Source: an uncultured Oscillospiraceae bacterium
Lineage (GTDB): Bacteria; Bacillota; Clostridia; Christensenellales; CAG-138
DNA: 43,622 nucleotides
Direction: 5' to 3'
Assembly: GCA_964393095.1 (NCBI GenBank)
Contig: CAYMSL010000002.1
Span: 1 to 43,622, forward strand
Position numbers and translations under genes: made by a program. Under the pieces are notes generated by a model. That model searched no databases. It was not told the origin of the DNA and was given only the letters and a program-made list of their open reading frames with translations. This document shows, piece by piece, positions 38,353-43,622 of the stretch. The first letter of the stretch is position 1. The number at the start of each line of letters is the position of its first letter.

Positions 38353-39816
38353 CTATGCTTTTTGCGTCTCCTTGCGGGCGCGGTAGAAGCGGAAGAGGAA
38401 GCCCGCGGCCAGCATAAGCCAGACCCATACGAGCGTCGGCATGGGGTCGACAAAGAGCATCTGCTCCATCATCCCCACAATGACCGAAAGCAGCACGACG
38501 GCGGGCAGCAGGCGCACATGGAGACTGGCGGGGCTGGAAAAGTCCGAGAACATCAGGCGCAGGCTGATCAGCGCGACCGCGGCCAAAAACAGCAGGATGA
38601 ACAGGAGCCCGATCACGCCAAGGCCGACCAACGCCGCGACGAGGGAATTGTGGAAATTATACTGCGGTACATGCGCCGGGAAATAGGGCGTCATCAACTG
38701 GCCCGCGATCAGCGGCGTCGCGCCGGTGAGCAGGATCGACGGATTGTCCATAAGCCCCCTGAACGTGGCAAGCCAGATATCGACGCGGCCATTGAACGTG
38801 CCGGCGTCGGAGTAGTCGCGCTGGGAGGCCTGCTGATACACGGAATCGCTCGCGGGCGCGGCGTTGGGATCGCTTGCCGGCGCGGCTTCGGAATCGCTCG
38901 CGGGCGCGGCTTCGGCTTCGATTGCGGCCGTCGCCCTGAGTTCGGCGTAGCGGTTGTATCCGCCGCGCACAAGGAGCGTGCCAAGGTAGAAGAGGACGGC
39001 GGCAAGCAGCGCGACGGCAAGGCAGAGCAGGATGCGGGGGTTCTTTTTCGCGTGCCGAAAGAGGAACGCCCCGCCGATGAGCAGGGCCTCGAGCCCGAAT
39101 GCGAGCGCGCTGCCGAGTATTCCCGTGCGGCTGTCCGTCAGCGAGAGCGCAACAAAGCAGATCAGGAAGGCGAGCGTAACGAGCACGCGGAATCGGCGTT
39201 TTTTTACCGTGCAGAAGAGGTAGACGCACAGCAGCAGGCTGATGCCGCACATCGACGCCGCGGCGTTTGCATGACAGAAGAGCTCCAGCCTGCCGTCGCT
39301 GCTCATGCCAAGCACACCTTCAACGCCGTCAAGGGCAAACGTCCGGCCCAACGCGACAAACACGAGCGAACCCGCGGCAAACAGCGTCGTCGTGACGATC
39401 GTGACCGCCGCAAGGCCGCTCAGCACCCCCTGCCATTTGGCGCGTTCGAACGCGTAGGGCAGCGAGAAGCACAGGAAGCTGATTGCAAGCTGGCTCTGAA
39501 ACCAACTGCTTGAAAGCGCGCCGTCGGCGCGGCCGCTGTTGAGCACGGCGACGATGGCCGTCCACAAAAGAAAGGCGCCGAGCCAGCGGATTTCGGGAAA
39601 GCGGGCATAATCGCGGGTAAAGACCAAGAGGGCCATGATACACAGGGCCGCGGGATACAGCAGGTATGCAACCACAGCCCCGCCGTGCGCCGCGTCGACA
39701 AAGCGGAAGAAGGACATGAGGATGCAACCGGCCGCGCCGAGCACGGCAAGGGCCCGCCAGATGCGCGCCCGATCGCGCAAAAACGCGCGCGGGGTATGGA
39801 GCGAATCTTGCTTCAA
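38353..39816 (-). CDS. O-antigen ligase / Wzy-like polymerase family membrane protein
   Basis: TTG start after GAGGGGGA. At least 10 TM helices. The Wzy_C-type block LTDSRTGILGSALAFGLEALL is followed by a large extracytoplasmic loop. Confidence 0.7.
   Translation of the reverse strand: MKQDSLHTPRAFLRDRARIWRALAVLGAAGCILMSFFRFVDAAHGGAVVAYLLYPAALCIMALLVFTRDYARFPEIRWLGAFLLWTAIVAVLNSGRADGALSSSWFQSQLAISFLCFSLPYAFERAKWQGVLSGLAAVTIVTTTLFAAGSLVFVALGRTFALDGVEGVLGMSSDGRLELFCHANAAASMCGISLLLCVYLFCTVKKRRFRVLVTLAFLICFVALSLTDSRTGILGSALAFGLEALLIGGAFLFRHAKKNPRILLCLAVALLAAVLFYLGTLLVRGGYNRYAELRATAAIEAEAAPASDSEAAPASDPNAAPASDSVYQQASQRDYSDAGTFNGRVDIWLATFRGLMDNPSILLTGATPLIAGQLMTPYFPAHVPQYNFHNSLVAALVGLGVIGLLFILLFLAAVALISLRLMFSDFSSPASLHVRLLPAVVLLSVIVGMMEQMLFVDPMPTLVWVWLMLAAGFLFRFYRARKETQKA
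38843..38914 (-). repeat. 3 x 24-bp imperfect in-frame tandem repeat inside the ligase-like gene
   Basis: Plus-strand units start at 38843, 38867 and 38891 (gaatcgctcgcgggcgcggc...). They encode AAPASDSE / AAPASDPN / AAPASDS in the large loop. Confidence 0.85.
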
Positions 39817-39975
39817 GGTTTGTTCCCCCTCTGTTGCTCAATGGAGCGAAATGGGACGTCCGTACGGCGGAAAACAGGCGGCCCGGCATCGACCGCACCG
39901 GCGCGCAGCCCGGGCGAATGCACGCGCCGCAGGCGATTCGCGGCGGCGGGTTACCTGGCCGCGCGATCTATGGCT

Positions 39976-40004
39976 ATTTTAGATAAACAGCGGCGATTTG
40001 TCAA
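39976..40004 (-). promoter_or_regulatory. Near-consensus sigma-70 promoter for the ligase-like gene
   Basis: The minus strand reads TTGACA-aatcgccgctgtttatc-TAAAAT with a 17-nt spacer. It lies about 160 nt upstream of the TTG start at 39816. Confidence 0.65.
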
Positions 40005-40284
40005 TTTATACGCACGGCGGGCCGGTGCGCTCGGGCAAACACGCGTGTCGCGCCGCACGCCGGCTGATCCCTGAAAAACGGCGGCGCGCAAAGAACAGCC
40101 CGATCTTACGCGATCGCTTTGCCGCGGACGACGCAATAAGTTTCGAGGAGTTCATCTTTCAGCCGCTGACGTTTCTCTTTACCTTCACGGCCGACCTGAT
40201 CATACGCCGAAAGCTCGGCGCAATCGACATGGTGGAGTCGCTCAAGGCGATCGAATAGCGGCCCGGCGGCCCCCTAGGTCGCGC

Positions 40285-40812
40285 CTACAGGCGAATCTTT
40301 GCCTTGACGGCCTTCTCGCGGATGAAGCGCTCGAACGCCGAGCGCTCGCCGCCTACGAACCCGTCTTTGTCGACGGGCACGACGAGCTGCCGCCGCAATC
40401 GCAATAGATAGAGGTGCTTTGTCTCTAAGAGCGCCGTCAGCTGCGTGTATTCAAGGCGCAGTTCGCCCTTGGTTTGCTCGTTTGTGTTCAAGATGTAATC
40501 GTCGTAGAAAAACGTCCGGCTTTCGAGCGGGGCGTGATAGAGCTCCTGATATCGCTGCAGCGTGCTCCGGACGGAAAGGCGGAGAACGAGCGCTTCATAC
40601 GCGGCAAACAGCGCGGCGAGGGCGGCGCAGACGGCGGTCATCAGGGAGTCGCCGAGGTAAAACCAATAGAGCGCCGCGCAGGCGAGCAGAACCGCGACGC
40701 AGACGAGCATGACGATGCGCGCGGGCCGCCGGATGCGGTTCGACATTTCGAGGAGGATCGCCCTCGTGTAGCGGCATCTGTTTTCAAACAGGGTTTCGTT
40801 CAACGTTTCCAT
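40285..40812 (-). CDS. YcxB-like membrane protein
   Basis: ATG after ATGGAGG. Two central TM helices (IVMLVCVAVLLACAALYWFYL, LMTAVCAALAALFAAY) are followed by a YcxB-type C-terminal region (..LLETKHLYLLRL...LVVPVDKDGF). Confidence 0.55.
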   Translation of the reverse strand: METLNETLFENRCRYTRAILLEMSNRIRRPARIVMLVCVAVLLACAALYWFYLGDSLMTAVCAALAALFAAYEALVLRLSVRSTLQRYQELYHAPLESRTFFYDDYILNTNEQTKGELRLEYTQLTALLETKHLYLLRLRRQLVVPVDKDGFVGGERSAFERFIREKAVKAKIRL

Positions 40813-40913
40813 CTCAAAACCTCCATTGCCTTTCTTGCGGATATCGCGGCTGAGCTTGCGTATAGCATGACCCGGATGATATGAAAAACGCGTGGGCGCG
40901 GCTACAAACCGAT

Positions 40914-40949
40914 GCGAAAACGGCAGCGGACGGCCTTCGGGCCGTCCGG
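40914..40949 (-). terminator. Intrinsic terminator of tcdA
   Basis: GGACGGCC (40928-40935), loop TTCG, GGCCGTCC (40940-40947). On the minus strand it is followed by GCTGCCGTTTTCG. Confidence 0.6.
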
Positions 40950-40976
40950 CTTGCGCAGCGAAGCGCTATGAGCGCG

Positions 40977-41717
40977 CTATGCCTGCGGCGCGGCGGGCGC
41001 GGCAAGCGCGCGTATCGCCACGGACGCGAGGAGGAAGCCCGCAACGGGCGGCACAAAGGATACGCTGCCCGGAACCTCCCGGCGGGCGGAGCCGGGCGCG
41101 ATCGCCGTATGCGCGCCGCCGGGGCGGGGCCTGACGGGCGCCTCGCGCGAGTAGACGACCGGGAGCGAAGCGACGCCGCGCTTCTTGAGCTCGCGCCGCA
41201 TGACGCGCGCAAGCGGGCATACGGACGTGTCGAAGAGATCCGCGACCTCGAGCCGCGCCGGGTCGAGCTTGTTGCCCGCGCCCATGCTGCTGACGATGCG
41301 CGCGCCCGATCGCAGCGCGCGTTCGATGAGCGTAAGCTTGGAGGAGACGGTGTCGATTGCGTCGATGATGTAGTCGTAGCGGCTTAGATCGAACGCGTCC
41401 GCGTTATTCGCGGCGTAGAAGCAGGCGTGGGCCGTAACCGCGCAGCGCGGATTGATCGCGAGAATACGCTCGCGCATGACCTCGACCTTAAGACGGCCGA
41501 GCGTTTCGTGCGTGGCGATAAGCTGGCGGTTGATGTTGGTAAGATTGACCGCGTCGTTGTCGAAGAGGTCGATCGCGCCGACGCCGGCGCGTGCGACGGC
41601 CTCCGCTGCGAACGAGCCCACGCCGCCGATGCCGAATACGGCGACGCGCGCGGCCGCGAGCCGATGCATGGCGTCTTGCCCAAGCAGGAGCTCCGTGCGG
41701 GAGAATTCGTTGAGCAT
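40977..41717 (-). CDS. tcdA: tRNA threonylcarbamoyladenosine dehydratase (ThiF/E1-like, TcdA/CsdL family)
   Basis: FSRTELLLGQDAMHRLAAARVAVFGIGGVGSFAAEAVARAGVGAIDLFDNDAVNLTNINRQ carries the Rossmann GxGGxG and NRQ motifs. The 246-aa length is typical of TcdA. Confidence 0.8.
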   Translation of the reverse strand: MLNEFSRTELLLGQDAMHRLAAARVAVFGIGGVGSFAAEAVARAGVGAIDLFDNDAVNLTNINRQLIATHETLGRLKVEVMRERILAINPRCAVTAHACFYAANNADAFDLSRYDYIIDAIDTVSSKLTLIERALRSGARIVSSMGAGNKLDPARLEVADLFDTSVCPLARVMRRELKKRGVASLPVVYSREAPVRPRPGGAHTAIAPGSARREVPGSVSFVPPVAGFLLASVAIRALAAPAAPQA

Positions 41718-41779
41718 ACGTTTCCTTTCGGCAGCCGGCGGGCGGCTCTGTGCCGCCGGGGAGGGGTCGATTCCCCGGC

Positions 41780-41808
41780 ATCATATCGCCGATTCCGCCG
41801 TGCGTCAA
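41780..41808 (-). promoter_or_regulatory. Near-consensus sigma-70 promoter for tcdA
   Basis: The minus strand reads TTGACG-cacggcggaatcggcga-TATGAT with a 17-nt spacer. It lies about 60 nt upstream of ATG 41717. The -35 lies inside copy A of the 24-bp repeat. Confidence 0.55.
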
Positions 41809-41824
41809 GCAGCGTCTGCCGGGC
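41801..41824. repeat. 24-bp perfect direct repeat, copy A
   Basis: tgcgtcaagcagcgtctgccgggc contains the dyad GCAG-CGT-CTGC. It is identical to copy B, which lies 140 bp downstream. Confidence 0.95.
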
Positions 41825-41940
41825 CGTCAAAGCGGCGCATGCGGGGGTCCTTGCGCACAGGGACGAAGCTGGCTTACCGCGGCGGAGAGAAAGCGCGATT
41901 ACCCCCGGAACGGGGAGTCATCCCGGGGGCGTGTTCTTTA

Positions 41941-41964
41941 TGCGTCAAGCAGCGTCTGCCGGGC
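41941..41964. repeat. 24-bp perfect direct repeat, copy B
   Basis: tgcgtcaagcagcgtctgccgggc, identical to 41801-41824. The flanking bases differ on both sides. Confidence 0.95.
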
Positions 41965-42073
41965 AGCACGCCGTATCGGGGGCGGCGTACTTCGCGTGAC
42001 CAAACGGTGACCGCGCCGTGGGAATGCCGTGCGAAACGCGAAAAAAATTCACGAATCGCGGGGGGAGGGGGGC

Positions 42074-42102
42074 TTTACTTTTCAAAAACACAGCGCTATG
42101 AT
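42074..42102 (+). promoter_or_regulatory. Candidate sigma-70 promoter of the atp operon
   Basis: TTTACT (42074-42079), a 17-nt spacer, then TATGAT (42097-42102). Confidence 0.5.
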
Positions 42103-42117
42103 ATGCGTGTTCTGGGC

Positions 42118-42480
42118 ATGCGAACCGTCGCCTGCCTTGCGTTATTTCACGGGAACACGCCTATCGGGCGCGAAAGCGCCCGGTGGAACGTCCGAGGGAC
42201 GGGGGCGAGGGATTTGATCGGCTTCTTGATCGGCTTTTCCTGCGGGGCGGGCGAACTGCTGCTGCTTAGACGGCTGGCGCCTGCCGTACAGGACGGCAAA
42301 ATTCAGCGGATATTGGGCATCTTATTTTTAAAACTGGCTTTGTTCGCCTGCGCGCTTGTGCCGGTGATCCTCTTTGCGCGCGCGGATCTGGTCTGGTGCG
42401 GCGTGGGAATCCCCGCCGCGCTCGTGCCGGGGGCGTTCTTCCTCAACTGGAGAAGCCGGCGCGGACAAAAGGGGGAGTAA
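42118..42480 (+). CDS. atpI: ATP synthase protein I-like small membrane protein (AtpI/AtpZ family); start uncertain
   Basis: Only the last ~120 codons of track ORF 41452-42480 are plausible coding sequence. Hydrophobic helices are LIGFLIGFSCGAGELLLL, ILGILFLKLALFACALVPVILF and VWCGVGIPAALVPGAFFL. It lies directly upstream of atpB. ATG 42103 falls inside the predicted -10. ATG 42118 has no RBS. In-frame TTG codons at 42214 and 42226 after GAGGGA are alternatives. Confidence 0.45.
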   Translation: MRTVACLALFHGNTPIGRESARWNVRGTGARDLIGFLIGFSCGAGELLLLRRLAPAVQDGKIQRILGILFLKLALFACALVPVILFARADLVWCGVGIPAALVPGAFFLNWRSRRGQKGE

Positions 42481-42483
42481 GCG

Positions 42484-43380
42484 ATGCAGACGCCGTCTGT
42501 TGGGAAATGGATTGCCATCGCCGCGGCGCTTGTCGTGGGCGCTGCCGCGCTGCTCGTGCGCGCCCGGATCGCGCTGCCGGCCGGGGACGACGCGCGCTTC
42601 CGTTCGGCCAAAAAGAAGCGGCGCTTCCTTCTGATCTTCGGCGTGCTCGGGCTATGGGCATTTACGGGCCTTGCGCTCGGGCTGTTTTCCACGGGAAGCC
42701 GCGTATTCGAGGTGACCATCAGCCCTGCGCGCGCGGAGATTTTCAGCCTTTCGATCAGCACCTCGGTTATTGTAGCATGGATCGTGATGGCCGCGCTGAT
42801 CTTGTGCGCCGCGCTGCTGCGCGTCTTCGTGATTCCGAAATTTACGGAAACGCCGCGCGGCTTGCAGCTCGTGCTCGAAACGCTGGTAGGCGCCGTTTCG
42901 GATTTTACGCGCGAGAAGTTTGGCCGCAGCAACGAGATGCTTTCCTCCTATTTCTTCGCGCTCGCATCGCTGTTTATCGGCTGTGCGCTCATCGAGCTGC
43001 TTGGCGTGCGCCCGCCGACGGCGGATTTGACGATGACGCTTTCCTATGCGCTCGTGACGTTTTTCCTCATCAACTATTCCGGTATCCGGGCAAAGGGGGT
43101 CGGCGGGCGCGTACGGATGCTGCTGAAACCGAGTCCGATGATTCTGCCGTTTCGCCTGCTATCGGACATCGCCGTGCCGGTTTCGCTCGCTTGCCGGCTC
43201 TTCGGCAACATGCTCGGCGGCATGATCGTCATGGAGCTTCTTTATTTTGCGCTCGGCGCGTTTTCGGTGGGAATCCCCGCGGTGCTGGGGCTGTATTTCA
43301 ACGCCTTCCACCCGCTGATTCAGTTCTTTATCTTCATCAACCTCTCGCTGACGTTTATCGGCGAGGCCGTGGAAGAATAG
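42484..43380 (+). CDS. atpB: F-type ATP synthase subunit a
   Basis: Polytopic protein with the conserved stator arginine block [17 protein letters not shown] and the C-terminal [13 protein letters not shown]. It starts 4 nt after the atpI stop. Confidence 0.9.
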   Translation: MQTPSVGKWIAIAAALVVGAAALLVRARIALPAGDDARFRSAKKKRRFLLIFGVLGLWAFTGLALGLFSTGSRVFEVTISPARAEIFSLSISTSVIVAWIVMAALILCAALLRVFVIPKFTETPRGLQLVLETLVGAVSDFTREKFGRSNEMLSSYFFALASLFIGCALIELLGVRPPTADLTMTLSYALVTFFLINYSGIRAKGVGGRVRMLLKPSPMILPFRLLSDIAVPVSLACRLFGNMLGGMIVMELLYFALGAFSVGIPAVLGLYFNAFHPLIQFFIFINLSLTFIGEAVEE

Positions 43381-43411
43381 GCAACCTTATTTTCAAGGAG
43401 GGTTTTTTATC

Positions 43412-43622
43412 ATGACGGATATCGGTGTGGTCGCGTTGGCGGCGGGTATCTCGGTGCTTACGGGCCTCGGCGCGGGCCTTGGCATGGGTCTTGCGACCGC
43501 GCGCGCGGTGGAGGCGGTGGCGCGCCAGCCCGAGGCGAGCGGCAAGATCAACTCGCTTCTGATTCTCGGCCTTGCGCTGACGGAGTCCACCGCGATCTAC
43601 GGCTTTGTCACCGCGCTCGTGA
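43412..43622 (+). CDS. atpE: F-type ATP synthase subunit c, partial (runs off the window end)
   Basis: AAGGAGG (43395-43401) precedes ATG 43412. Sequence [70 protein letters not shown] has the GxGxGxG helix 1, the RQPE loop and the ion-binding Glu in helix 2. Confidence 0.9.
   Translation, partial: MTDIGVVALAAGISVLTGLGAGLGMGLATARAVEAVARQPEASGKINSLLILGLALTESTAIYGFVTALV

Noticed and set aside
38323-39513. 396-aa + strand ORF antisense to the ligase/Wzy-like gene
   Set aside because: It is extremely Arg/Glu/Asp/Gln-rich with no TM helices or motifs. The minus-strand frame encodes a coherent polytopic Wzy_C-type protein with its own promoter, RBS and terminator.
41452-42117. N-terminal two-thirds of the 342-aa track ORF 41452-42480
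   Set aside because: This part runs antisense through tcdA and across the intergenic promoters and repeats. Only the final ~120 codons look like a membrane protein (AtpI-like).

Overview
High-GC chromosomal segment. The secretin-less Tad locus, lipoprotein signals, SLH-like repeats, a CotH gene and the atpI-atpB-atpE order suggest a Gram-positive, Clostridia-like organism (inference). No tRNA, rRNA, CRISPR array, transposase or prophage genes were recognised. Nearly all of the window encodes cell-surface functions, described here left to right. (1) A partial SH3b-repeat secreted protein. (2) A class I c-di-GMP riboswitch, followed by a complete Tad/Flp (type IVc) pilus locus: tadV, two flp, tadE, tadG, cpaB, tadZ, tadA, tadB, tadC. 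This locus ends in a translationally coupled DUF192 gene and a DivIVA-like coiled-coil gene. (3) A seven-gene, tightly coupled operon at 11466-23977. Its core is a processive GT2 synthase, a BcsB-like protein, a DUF2334-like protein and a 4-TM degenerate GGDEF protein with an intact RxxD I-site. This resembles the uncharacterised B. subtilis YdaKLMN exopolysaccharide machine. Here it is extended by a giant SLH-like/SASA-esterase lipoprotein, a polytopic membrane protein and a CBM+GH26 lipoprotein, and is followed by a decayed wecB. I consider this operon the best candidate for an undescribed system. (4) A SERCA-type Ca2+ P-type ATPase and a sugar-phosphate isomerase. (5) A lower-GC GtrII-like glucosyltransferase gene. 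(6) A coupled CotH kinase / VTC-domain / DUF4956 triad of unknown function. (7) A surface-glycan locus with two GT-C-like polytopic proteins, a priming phosphoglycosyl transferase and a convergent O-antigen-ligase/Wzy-like gene. (8) YcxB-like and tcdA genes, an intergenic region with a 24-bp perfect repeat, and the start of the F-type ATP synthase operon. The many long Arg/Ala/Pro-rich ORFs antisense to these genes are treated as high-GC shadow ORFs.
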